This document shows positions 39,140 through 49,700 of a stretch of 64,000 nucleotides of DNA, piece by piece. The translations under genes and the position numbers were made by a program. The DNA lies in assembly GCA_046483985.1 (NCBI GenBank), contig JAWOCD010000040.1, forward strand, positions 32,001 through 96,000, written 5' to 3'. Source of the stretch: Promethearchaeia archaeon. GTDB taxonomy: Archaea > Asgardarchaeota > Lokiarchaeia > Sigyniarchaeales > SOKP01. How positions within the stretch are numbered: position 1 is the stretch's first letter; every line of letters begins with the position of its first letter. The notes under the pieces are model-generated. The model was not told the DNA's origin, ran no database searches, and saw only the letters and a program-made list of their open reading frames with translations.

Positions 39140-40306
39140 ATGATGGAAAATACCCGCAGTGAAGATACCCTTATATTCAGTGGTTTAACCCCTGGGATTA
39201 CAAAGATGAATGAGATTTATGAGTCCCTAGAGCATTTTTGTAAAATTAAAAAGCAAAATGACCCAAGTGAGCGATTTAATCTCATTATCTTTCAAAAAGA
39301 TGGACCCAATTATTTAGAGAAATTCACTCTTAAACCAGAGAATATAGTAGTCGCTCTAAAATCCCTAGAGCCGATGATTGTTCGGGCAAACATCGCAGGC
39401 GGAATTATGGTGGCAATTACCTTTATTATTGATGTATTTAAACGAATCCCAGAAAAAACTTTCCGGCTTATTATCCTCACGGATAAAGGTTCACTTAAAA
39501 TTCCGGAGAATTATATCCCTGTTTTAAATAATCTAATTGATAAGGTAAAGGATATGCCTTTTTTTATCGATATTGTGCGGCTCGATATCGATGACCCTCG
39601 AGAGGATCTCAAGTTAATGAAACTTGCACGTAGAGCAAATGGAGATATTCATGAAATCAATGATCCAGAATCCTTATCAGCAATTTTGGAAGTGCTTGCT
39701 CTGAAGCGGGAATTAACCTACGAAATCGGAGCAAGAGATCAAGACCTTGAAATCCCAAAGGAAAATCGACCCTTTTATGAAAATCTTGCCGATGAGCCGG
39801 TGCCTGTTTCTAAGGAAGATAATCTCACTTGTTCAATTTGCTTTCAGCAAGAAAAAGCGGAACTGGTCAAATGTCCGAGTTGTAATACCGTTGCCCATAA
39901 AAGTTGCTGGGCAAAATGGGCAAAAAACTCACAAATAGGAATATTTAACGTGTTTCGTTGTCATAATTGCTTTAATCTATTAAAGTTCGATGAAGAATAT
40001 GTTTTTGCGATTCAATCGGGAAAGGAGCCAGCTTTAGAAGAGGAAAAAGTGAAGGTCATTGAGGTGCAAAAATACTTAGAAGATTTAGAAACTGATGAGG
40101 GGCCAGAGATAGTGCAAGTAGAGGATCCAATACCGGTTCCCGGGGAAGATACTGGTTTCCAATTTGAAGAGGAAGAAGAGGACGATTATATTCCTTTGAA
40201 TGATGAGGAGGTTAGAATAATCTGGTGTCCTCACTGTAATACCATAACTTCGAACGAATATCGGAAGTGTCCTAACTGCGGATGGTCTTTAAAAGATGTA
40301 GATTAA
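39140..40306 (+). CDS. vWA-like + C4HC3 zinc finger + zinc ribbon protein
   Basis: ERFNLIIF..LIILTDKG; CSIC..CPSC..AHKSC..W..CHNC; WCPHC..CPNC. Confidence 0.8.
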   Translation: MMENTRSEDTLIFSGLTPGITKMNEIYESLEHFCKIKKQNDPSERFNLIIFQKDGPNYLEKFTLKPENIVVALKSLEPMIVRANIAGGIMVAITFIIDVFKRIPEKTFRLIILTDKGSLKIPENYIPVLNNLIDKVKDMPFFIDIVRLDIDDPREDLKLMKLARRANGDIHEINDPESLSAILEVLALKRELTYEIGARDQDLEIPKENRPFYENLADEPVPVSKEDNLTCSICFQQEKAELVKCPSCNTVAHKSCWAKWAKNSQIGIFNVFRCHNCFNLLKFDEEYVFAIQSGKEPALEEEKVKVIEVQKYLEDLETDEGPEIVQVEDPIPVPGEDTGFQFEEEEEDDYIPLNDEEVRIIWCPHCNTITSNEYRKCPNCGWSLKDVD

Positions 40307-40883
40307 TATGTCATTTTTATTTTTTGAAAATTTTGTGAATTGCCAACTTTTAGAGATCTTAATGTATTTGATTAAGAAAAAAAATTACTATTTGCTGCAT
40401 CTATATCAGATATTATGCTTTTAGAACGATAGTATTATTATTTTTTACAGGAAAAGACGAAAATACCCGAAAACTGAAAGAGCATAAAGTTTTAAGCGGG
40501 CAAAGATTTTATTCCCACGGAAGAGAAGAAACGGAAAAAATAGAATTTTTATCGAATTATTTGAGAGTTTTTTTCCGAATGAATCGACAAAATTCCTAAT
40601 CTTTTTCTTATTAATGACGGAAAAAGTCAGAAAATCTGAAAAAAATATCAAAAATAATAATTTCATTTTAAAATAAGTACTGAATAATTAGTCTAAAAGA
40701 TTTTTTTGGGGGAATTCCGAATTTCGTAAAAATAGGTTCAAAAAAGTTAGTATATCAAGGAGATTGCCATTTTGCGTAGGTTTGGTTAAGAATCTTAGTC
40801 CAATAGATTTATATATGCGAATATTCTAAATAAATAGTAGAAACAAAAAATTAAATAAAAAATTAGGAGGTTGAAAATAAAAA

Positions 40884-41240
40884 ATGTTTCAGAAAAAAAA
40901 CAAACAAGAAGCTAAAATTGAACGAAAAGAAGTTCAATTATCCGATGAACAGAGATCAAGGGTATACAAATTAGCGCAAAATGTCCCTCAAAGAACTCGA
41001 GATGAAATATGTCCTGCAATCTTAAATATCTTATTGAAAACGGAAAAGGGTCCTCTCAAGAATGAGTTAGGAAAAGTAATCTTTCATCTTCAAAAACAAG
41101 AACGATTAAATACTGTTATTGGACTCGAGAAACTATTAGATGGCGCATTAAAAGTGGCACCTCAGGAATTATTTGATCTTCTTGAACATGGAGATAAATC
41201 TGCTGAGAGATTAGCTCAAGAAATAAAACAAGTTCTCTAA
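40884..41240 (+). CDS. Hypothetical protein
   Basis: 118-aa ORF with GGAGG SD, TATA-like TTTATATA upstream and T-rich tail. Confidence 0.75.
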   Translation: MFQKKNKQEAKIERKEVQLSDEQRSRVYKLAQNVPQRTRDEICPAILNILLKTEKGPLKNELGKVIFHLQKQERLNTVIGLEKLLDGALKVAPQELFDLLEHGDKSAERLAQEIKQVL

Positions 41241-41511
41241 AAAATTTTTAGTTTTTCTTTTCTATTTTTATTAAGTTGTCGTATCAGAAATCATTCTGAG
41301 CCCAGTCTTCTCCGTCTTCTTCTCTGGAGATACTCTGTAAAGGACTCCAAGAACTCTTGTTCGGAAGATCAATCTCTCAAAAAGACCAGATCAGTTAATA
41401 CATCTTCGATTTTTTTTGCGAACTTTTTTTGGATGAGTTATTATCTTTTTTTCTTGCTTTCTCTAACATCTTATTCAAAAAATTTTTAAATATTTTAGTT
41501 ATTTCATTAAT

Positions 41512-42792
41512 ATGAAAGAGAAAATTCCTAAGAATGTACGGTCTCAAATCATATTCATCTCAGTTGCCGCATTAGGCGCCAGCATTTTTTTCTATTTTGA
41601 AGGAGGCATTTTCAACACTTATATTAACAACATTTTAGGGTTGGAATATTTTTTCATTGCTCTCATGGTAAGTTTATCAGCCATTATGGGGTTAATTTTT
41701 ACGTTTGTATTTGGGGTAATTTCGGATAACACCCGGTCTGAACTAGGACGGAGAAGACCCTATCTCCTTTTTGGAGTTATTGCAGGTATTACAATGATCC
41801 TTTATTCATTCTCGCCAAGTTATATTTGGTGTCTTATTTTTGATGTGATTATAATTGGTGTGGCAGCAAATGCCTATAATGCAGCTACTAAAGTTATCAT
41901 TCCAGACGTGGTCGCCATCCAATACAGAGGGAGAGCAAATGCAATAACTAATCTCACAAAAACCATTGGCGGGCTTATTCCATTAGGTCTTACTTTATTG
42001 GCATATGAATTTTTTACTGTAGAATCAGAAAGTGGTTTAATTATCTCACAACAAGGATTCTTTTTTCTCCTCTTGTTTGGGGGGGGTTCGTTCATTCTCT
42101 GTGCCGTAATATCATTTCTTAAGATAAAAGAACCTTTAAGCCCATCGCAATTACCTCCTAGAAAAACCTTTAAACAAGAATTAAAAGAAACATTCAATAT
42201 AGAAGCACTCAAGGAGAATAAGGAAGTCTTTAAAATGATATTAACACTCACCATTTTTAATATAGGTCCTAAAGTGATTTCTATCTACTTATACCTATAT
42301 ATTTTAAGTTTAGGGTTAGATACCTTATTATTGATATTAGCAGTTGCTGTTCTCGGGCCATTAACATTTCTGTCAACATATTTGGCGGGAAAATTTTCAG
42401 ACATATATGGTCGTAAAAAAGTTGCAATTCCCCTTCTGATTATTTCTGCGATTGGATGCGTTTTCATGCCATTTGCTGGAAGCGGGAACAATGCTATAAT
42501 TCCTCTTCTTTTCTTCGGAACCTTTTTTCTATTGCAAGGTATGACCACGGTTAAAGTTCCGATCGATGCTTGGAAACAAGATCTCCTCCCCGAAAATAAA
42601 CGAGCTCAATTTGCTGGCATAATGAATATCGCAAATACTCTCAACCAAATTCCTGCTGCATTTCTTGCTGCAGCAGTTGCTGATACTTTTGGTGTTCAAT
42701 GGATTTTTCTCGTAGTTGCCATTTTCTTTGCTATTTCCATCCCCTTCTTCTATAAAATTAATGAAACGTTAATAGAGGACAATTTGAGCTAA
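41512..42792 (+). CDS. MFS transporter (GPH/sugar-like)
   Basis: About 12 TM; GVISDNTRSELGRRRPY and GKFSDIYGRK motif A copies. Confidence 0.9.
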   Translation: MKEKIPKNVRSQIIFISVAALGASIFFYFEGGIFNTYINNILGLEYFFIALMVSLSAIMGLIFTFVFGVISDNTRSELGRRRPYLLFGVIAGITMILYSFSPSYIWCLIFDVIIIGVAANAYNAATKVIIPDVVAIQYRGRANAITNLTKTIGGLIPLGLTLLAYEFFTVESESGLIISQQGFFFLLLFGGGSFILCAVISFLKIKEPLSPSQLPPRKTFKQELKETFNIEALKENKEVFKMILTLTIFNIGPKVISIYLYLYILSLGLDTLLLILAVAVLGPLTFLSTYLAGKFSDIYGRKKVAIPLLIISAIGCVFMPFAGSGNNAIIPLLFFGTFFLLQGMTTVKVPIDAWKQDLLPENKRAQFAGIMNIANTLNQIPAAFLAAAVADTFGVQWIFLVVAIFFAISIPFFYKINETLIEDNLS

Positions 42793-42920
42793 AGAAGTCC
42801 AAGGAAAAGTTATAATGGGGATACTTTTTTGTCCACTTTTATTTGGACCTTCATAGACTTTTCAAAAAGTTTGTAAGTGAAAAAAGTTCGATTTCTTCTT
42901 TAAAAAAAGAAGGAGAACAA

Positions 42921-43382
42921 TTAGATTATTGGATCCCTATTAGGAGATCGATTTTTGATAGGTTTCAAAACAACACAGACTCTTTCTACACTCTTTATAT
43001 CGCTCCGTGCACGAAAGTTTTCTAACAAGGCATCTAATTCATTCATATCGGGTACTCTTACTTTAATTAAAATTCCGCACTCCCCTGCTAAGAAGTAAAC
43101 CTCCTCACATTGGGGGAGGACCTGCGTCTCACGCAGTAATTCTTTAATTTCGCTGCTGGATTTCGGAATGAGTGTGACAAATGCCATGATACATTTTTCT
43201 TCTTCACGGCAAATATTGATTGTGAACTTTTCGATCACTCCCTTCTCTTGGAGTTTGATCACGCGCTTTCGCACGGTGGACTCCGACAGATCGACTTGCT
43301 CGGCAATTTCTCGATAGGGACGCCGGGAATCCTCGATGAGCATTTCTAATATTTTTTTATCTTTCTTATCTAAATTTTTCAT
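42921..43382 (-). CDS. Lrp/AsnC family regulator
   Basis: LDKKDKKIL..DSRRPYREIA..LSESTVRKRV..GVI. Confidence 0.92.
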   Translation of the reverse strand: MKNLDKKDKKILEMLIEDSRRPYREIAEQVDLSESTVRKRVIKLQEKGVIEKFTINICREEEKCIMAFVTLIPKSSSEIKELLRETQVLPQCEEVYFLAGECGILIKVRVPDMNELDALLENFRARSDIKSVERVCVVLKPIKNRSPNRDPII

Positions 43383-43518
43383 ATATTCTCATTCCTCCTT
43401 TATTGGTTCTTATGAAGTTCATATATGATTCTTTTTTGGGTTCCTTTCTATCTTATATAAAAAAAAATTTTAAATTTTTTATTTTTGTGGTTCTCGGGTC
43501 TTCCAGAGATGTGCATTC

Positions 43519-44457
43519 TTAGAATTCTTTAAGTAAAGGGTCAAAAAGTCGTTCATACTCGACAGCCATACAGTGAATTCCCGCAGCCTTCGTTGTTCTC
43601 TTGATTTCCTTGATAAAGGGTCTGAAAAAGTCCAAATTGATTTGATCAATAGCTTTTTTCTTTGCTTCCTTGTCATCTTTGTAATCTTTCTTGACTTTCT
43701 TTAGTGAGCTCAGTAATTCGTTTGGAACGCTAACACCCGGAATATATTTATCAAAATACCAAGCTATACCGTAAGCTTTCAGCGGGAAGATGCCTAACAA
43801 TACTGGCACGTTGAATTTCTCCAATTCCTTCAAAAACTCCTTCGCCTCGTCAATATCAAACGCAGTTTGCGTCTGAATGAAATCCACACCTAAATCTACT
43901 TTCCGAGCCACCTTAAGAATCTCTGGGGCCCGCGGCTTGCTGTTGGGGTTCGCCACGCAGCCAACGTTCATCTCAACACTCCCACCTTTAATTTCATTTC
44001 CCTCAAGATCCGTTCCTTCATCTATGATCTTATTGAGCAATTCCAGGAATTGTGTGCTGTCGAGGTCATATACAGCTCTTCCTCGTTTATGGTCGCCAAG
44101 GGCCGTATGATCTCCAGTAAGGGTAAGTATATTTTTTATTCCAAGTGTTGCCGCTCCCAATATATCTCCGAAAAGCGCCACCCGATTTCTATCGCGAACC
44201 GTCACTTGCCAGACCGTTTCTATGCCCACTTCCTCTTGTACCTTATAACTCGGGACCATCGAACACATGTATGCGTCGCCTTGGGGACCGTCTGTCACAT
44301 TTACCGCAGTGATTTGCCCTGAGTCTTTCATCTTCTCTGCTGACTCGAGTATTTCGCTGAGATCCATAATCTTTTTTGGTTCCAACTCTCCTGTGAAGGT
44401 AAATTTTCCATCTCGGAGCGATTTCATCAATTGAGAATATGCTGGCCGTTTAGCCAT
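43519..44457 (-). CDS. metF: Methylenetetrahydrofolate reductase, copy 2
   Basis: GELEP, NVTDGP, QVTVRDRN, LTGDH, FIQTQ; start MAKRPAY at 44457 (behind GAGGGG, aligns with copy 1) is preferred over 44604. Confidence 0.9.
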   Translation of the reverse strand: MAKRPAYSQLMKSLRDGKFTFTGELEPKKIMDLSEILESAEKMKDSGQITAVNVTDGPQGDAYMCSMVPSYKVQEEVGIETVWQVTVRDRNRVALFGDILGAATLGIKNILTLTGDHTALGDHKRGRAVYDLDSTQFLELLNKIIDEGTDLEGNEIKGGSVEMNVGCVANPNSKPRAPEILKVARKVDLGVDFIQTQTAFDIDEAKEFLKELEKFNVPVLLGIFPLKAYGIAWYFDKYIPGVSVPNELLSSLKKVKKDYKDDKEAKKKAIDQINLDFFRPFIKEIKRTTKAAGIHCMAVEYERLFDPLLKEF

Positions 44458-45163
44458 GTTCCTTCCCCTCCTGCTGCTCTTTTTGGATCTGCTCAAAGGG
44501 TTTATTAATTTCAATAAACGAAGGGCTGGTTCGAAGCCGGTAATCTCGCGGCGATCGATATTTCCTAAACAAATCGAGCCTGTCAAACTTTTTGAGCCGT
44601 TCATAAATTTTTACCCACGCACATTCGTGTTCGTAACCACCCACCTCGCACATGCCGTCTACTTGGCCTCCACAAGGTCCGTTACTGAGATGCTTTGCGC
44701 ATCCCGCCATGGGACAAATACCACCCGTTTCCGCCAGAATACATTCCCCGCAAGATTCACAGTATTCCACGAAGGTATTTTCTCCTTTATTTTCGGCACC
44801 GCCAAACATACTATCTTGCGCCGGAAAGGTTAAAATATCCTTCAAGACGCGATTCATCATAACCACGCCGAGCCCGCACGCTAAAGATACGATGGCATCG
44901 TAATCCACCACATGAGGACTCACCGTACTGGCCACAATCCGATCATCGCATTGCCGCAGCACTGTAATCGATTTCCACTCCAAGTCATTTCCTTCGGTCT
45001 TGGCTTTCAATTCCAAGAGTTGCCCAAGCACCTTCGCCTCATTAATCGAGCGGGGAGGCTGACAGCAGCCGTCACAGCCCGCAATCAGTATCTTGTCGTA
45101 CGGTTCAATCATCCGATAAATTTTGTCTACTTCCTTTTGTTGAGTAATTATCAAATTATTCAC
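44450..45163 (-). CDS. metV: MTHFR subunit MetV, copy 2
   Basis: GCDGC, RQCD, ACGLG, CESCGEC..GGICPMAGCAKHLSNGPCGG..CEV..CAW. Confidence 0.9.
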   Translation of the reverse strand: MNNLIITQQKEVDKIYRMIEPYDKILIAGCDGCCQPPRSINEAKVLGQLLELKAKTEGNDLEWKSITVLRQCDDRIVASTVSPHVVDYDAIVSLACGLGVVMMNRVLKDILTFPAQDSMFGGAENKGENTFVEYCESCGECILAETGGICPMAGCAKHLSNGPCGGQVDGMCEVGGYEHECAWVKIYERLKKFDRLDLFRKYRSPRDYRLRTSPSFIEINKPFEQIQKEQQEGKEHG

Positions 45164-45266
45164 CTTATATGCAATTCATTTTTTTTTTTTTTTTCTTTCC
45201 TTCAATTTGGTTTATTATTTTAAATTTGAATTTGTTTAATTTGCAGTTAAAAAAAATTATTGGTAA

Positions 45267-46148
45267 TTAGGTTTTTAATTTTTCCATCAATTTTGTTGGT
45301 CGAATACTGCGCTTCATCAAGTTTAATTTGTCAACATCTATGCCTAAGGCTATTGCCATGATTTCCGGCAAATATAACACGGGAATGTCAAGATCGCGTT
45401 CTGATTTCCTGGATAACATACGCTCCTTTCGATCATACTGGGTAATGCACGCTGGACAGACCGCTATGAGAGCGTCAATTTCTTGCTCTAGCATGACCAG
45501 TTCGGTCATTTTCTCTTCAACTAATTCCTCTCCAATTTCATCTTGTAATCGGGCACAGTAACCGCAGCATTCTAATTTTGTTGCAAAATCAATAGTGTTG
45601 CCCCCTAATTGATCCATAATGATATCAATTTTTTCCGGGCGTTCCGGATCATCAAATTGCATGATTTCACTTGGTCGAATCAAGTGGCACCCATAGTGCA
45701 CCGCAAAGTTGAACTCGTCTAAGGGGCGAACGATATTTTCTTTAATGGTTTCAAGCCATTCCGGTTGACTGAAAAGTTCTACAAAATGCCATACCTTGGT
45801 GGTACCTTTATACTCATAGTTGATATTACTGAGGATCTCGTTTACCATATTAAATTTCTCCTTATTCTCATGCAACAGAACTTCCACAGTCTTAAGGGTC
45901 TCATAACATCCCGAACAAATGGTCATCACATCTAAGCCCATTTGCTCCGCCAATGCCAAGTTACGTGCACCCATGGTTAACCACGCATCGACATTAAGCG
46001 ATTGCATGGCAACCGGCTCGGGACAGCAGCTGGCACCTTCTATCTCCTGCATTTCCACACCTAAGACCTTTGAGACCTCTCGAAATGCCTTTTCCAGGTG
46101 CGGCATCTTTAATGGGATGGTACAACCCAAGAATAATGCAAATTCCAT
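45267..46148 (-). CDS. hdrB: Heterodisulfide reductase subunit B
   Basis: Two CCG domains: GC..SCCP..CSGC and HYGCH..CCG..CPAC. Confidence 0.9.
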   Translation of the reverse strand: MEFALFLGCTIPLKMPHLEKAFREVSKVLGVEMQEIEGASCCPEPVAMQSLNVDAWLTMGARNLALAEQMGLDVMTICSGCYETLKTVEVLLHENKEKFNMVNEILSNINYEYKGTTKVWHFVELFSQPEWLETIKENIVRPLDEFNFAVHYGCHLIRPSEIMQFDDPERPEKIDIIMDQLGGNTIDFATKLECCGYCARLQDEIGEELVEEKMTELVMLEQEIDALIAVCPACITQYDRKERMLSRKSERDLDIPVLYLPEIMAIALGIDVDKLNLMKRSIRPTKLMEKLKT

Positions 46149-46690
46149 TAGTCATCTCCCTCCTTTTCATGTTTTTGGGCTATCATATCTTTTAATCCCG
46201 TTTTCTCCAGAATATAGTTTATATCATCCAAATTAGGCGCTGATATTTTTGGCAAACCCATATTTTCCCGCCTTCGGTTGATATTTTTCTTCATGCGACC
46301 TGTAAAAGGCACAACAAATCCATTTTCGCTGATCACATCGACGGTCCCCGAATATTCATCCGGAATTCTGCCTTCTTCAGCCGCCAAATTCCGAAGTAAG
46401 GCCAAGATAAACGAATAATCAACTCCCTTGGGGCAACGTTCCGTACAGCGATGACACAAGGAACAGGTCCAAACGGATTGACTGGATAACACCTCATCTT
46501 TTAATCCCAAAAGACACGATGCTACCACCCGATGGGGTTGCATATCCACATACTCGGTGACCGTGCAACCCGAACTACATACGCCGCATTGAATGCATTT
46601 CAAAAGCGTTTTCGCACCAACCTTTTCGGCAACTTCATACCGAAAATCTTTATCTAAGTCCTTATCCTTTTTAAATAATTGTTCTGACAT
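46148..46690 (-). CDS. hdrC: Heterodisulfide reductase subunit C
   Basis: CIQCGVCSSGC and WTCSLCHRCTERCP. Confidence 0.9.
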   Translation of the reverse strand: MSEQLFKKDKDLDKDFRYEVAEKVGAKTLLKCIQCGVCSSGCTVTEYVDMQPHRVVASCLLGLKDEVLSSQSVWTCSLCHRCTERCPKGVDYSFILALLRNLAAEEGRIPDEYSGTVDVISENGFVVPFTGRMKKNINRRRENMGLPKISAPNLDDINYILEKTGLKDMIAQKHEKEGDD

Positions 46691-46701
46691 TTTTTCTCAC
46701 T

Positions 46702-49700
46702 TCAAACAGAAACTGTTTTTTCCTCCTTTTGTTCTTTTTCTTTGATATTTTTTTCCTCTTCCAAGGCAAGTTTATCGCCGAATTTCTCATGGTCAGAGAG
46801 AGGCCCAATTTCTTTAATCTGGTTCACAAAATCCGTGACCACTTGGGCGAAGCGTTTGCCTTCACTCGCAGATACCCACTCAATTCGTAATCGATCTGGA
46901 TTTATCCCCACTTTATCTAATATCTCATGCAAGTCACGATATCGGCGGAGGGTATCATAATTACCCTCTAAATAATGGCAATCGCCAATGTGACAACCTC
47001 CAATCAATATTCCATCGGCACCTTCTAAAAAGGCTTGAAGTATGTAACTTTTTGGGATACGTCCTGAGCACATCACCCGAATTGGCCTAATATTAGTTGG
47101 ATATTGGAATCGGCTGACTCCGCATGTATCTGCACCAGCATAACTACACCAATTACATAAAAAGGCAATAATGCGTGGGCGCTCATCCACAAATTCTCCT
47201 TTTACCGCCTCTTGAACCATAGGAATCAATTGTTCATCGGCAAAGTGTGACATCGTAATAGCTCCAGCAGGGCATGCAGCCGCACAATCCCCACAGCCTT
47301 TACAGAGCAATGGATTTGATTCAGAGACTAACACTTCCTTTTCAAAATTCACACCGATGGCTCCGAAGTTGCATACTTCTTCACAGCGCTGACATGCAAT
47401 ACATTTCGATGGATCAACCACAGAGACTAAAGGCTCATTTTCGACCATCCCCGTGATAAGGGGGATGAGCGCATGAGCTGCCGCCGCTCTGGCTTGTGAA
47501 ATTGAATCGGCAATACTCTTAGGTCCGTGGGCAGTACCTGCCAAGAATATTCCGTCTGTTGCAAAATCAACGGGCCGAAGTTTAATATGAGCTTCTAAGA
47601 AAAATCCATTCTCATCACGAGGAACCTTTAATAACTCCGAAAGCAATTTAGTATCATATGGAATCAAGGGTGTAGATAAAACCACTCTATTAGCTTCAAT
47701 ATCCAAGTTTGTTTGTGTAAGAATATCCTTTACTGATACTGTGAATGTGCCATTATTGCGCTCAACTTCAGGATACTCATTAAAGCGCAAATAATTGATC
47801 TTTTCCCGCGCATCCCAGTAGTATTGTTCTTCATCCGTACCTACCCGAATATCCCGATAAAGAACATAGATTTCCGAATTCGGGTAATTTTCCTTAACAT
47901 ATAATGCATGCCGAATCGATTCCGAACAACAAATGAGGGAACAATACGGAACGCCTTTTTCGGGGTCGGTTTGACGTGACCCGACACAATGTATAAAGAC
48001 TAATGTTTCTCCATCTTGTAACTCTTCATTCCTTAATTTTTCTGAGAGTTCTAATTGTGTCATAACGGTATCTTCTGTTCCTTCTTCGCCATAGTGATAC
48101 CAGCCTTTTGGCTTATATTCATGGGCGCCTGTTGCTACGATGATAACGCCCGTATTAATTGCAGTAACCTCGTCTGAGGATTTATCGTATATTTTAATGT
48201 TAAAATCTCCAATGGATCCCTTTACATCCTTCACTTTTGAGTTTAGATATGTTGTAATGTTGTCATATGCTTTATATTTCTCTAACTCTTGCGCGAGAAA
48301 TTCACGGGAATTAATCCGATCAAAATTAATGCGATAGATCAAATTTAACTGACCGCCTAATTTTTCATCTTTTTCTACTAAATGCACTTTATAGCCTTTA
48401 TCTGCAATCTCCATGGCAGCAGTTATGCCCGCAATTCCTCCGCCAATTACTAGGGCTTCAGGGATTACTTCTCCCTTAATCGGTGTTTCAGGTTTTAAAA
48501 AGCGAGCACGAGCGACTCCCATGCGAATTAAGTCCTTAGCCTTGTCGGTTGCCTTTTCTTCATTGTTCATATGAACCCATGAGTCCATCTCACGAATACT
48601 AACGAAATTAAATAAATATTCGTTCAGTCCAGCTTCCCGAATAGTCTTTTGAAATAGGGGCTCATGTGTTCGGGGAGTACATGCAGCCACCACTACCCGA
48701 TTTAAATCCAATTCCTTAATTTTCTCCTTGATAATATCTTGGGTCAGACTGGAACAGCTATATTTATTATGCATTGAAAATACAACATCAGGGAGTGTTT
48801 CTGAGTAGTCCACAATCTCGGGAATATCCATATATCCTCCGATATTGATCCCACACTCACAGACAAATACTCCTATTCGTGGTTTCTCTTTTTCCTTTAC
48901 TGTTTTTAAAGGAGGAAGTTCTACCTTTTGTTCCTCTTCGCTTAATGGTTCTGCGTGTAATGCCGCTAACGCTGCAGCACCTCCAGCTTTTGCAACGGAA
49001 TTAGCAATATCATCTGGACTTTGACAAGACCCCGTTACATAAATTCCCTCCCTCGTGGAACGCAGATCCTCCGTGGAATCTTTAGTCTGAAAGAATCCAA
49101 GCGGATTGGTTTGAATACCTAAAATTTTTGCTAGTTCTTCAGTCCCAGCTCGCGGTACAACGGCATTCGCTAATACAACCAAATCAAACCGGCTGGTTTC
49201 TACCTCCCCCGTATCTAAATTTGCGTGTTTTACGAGAACGTCTCGAGCTTCGGGATCTTCACGCACATCTCCCGGAATCCCGTGATTGTATTTCAACCCG
49301 TATTCATTTTTTGCACGTTCAATAAATTTTTCTTGATTCTTACCAATTACCCTTGTATCGTTATAGAAAATTGTAACCTCGGTTTCGGGAGAATGCTCTC
49401 TGGTGACGACTCCCTCCTTGGCCATATACATGCAACAAAATTTAGAGCAGTAAGCACATAAAGATTCATTTCGTGATCCAACACAACCCACAAATGCCAC
49501 ATTTTGAACATGCTTATCATCGGAAGGTCGTATAAGTTCGCCTCCAGTCGGTCCTGAGGCACTCAACAATCGTTCATATTGCATTGCTGTAATGACATTC
49601 GGATATTCCTCATAATGATAACGAGCCAGAACCGAAGGATCTAAGAGATCATAACCCGTCGCAACTATGACCGAAGCCACATTATATTCAATGATTTCAT

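Noticed and set aside
44458-44604. 49-aa N-terminal extension of MetF copy 2
   Set aside because: It overlaps metV; the paralog alignment and SD support the start at 44457.
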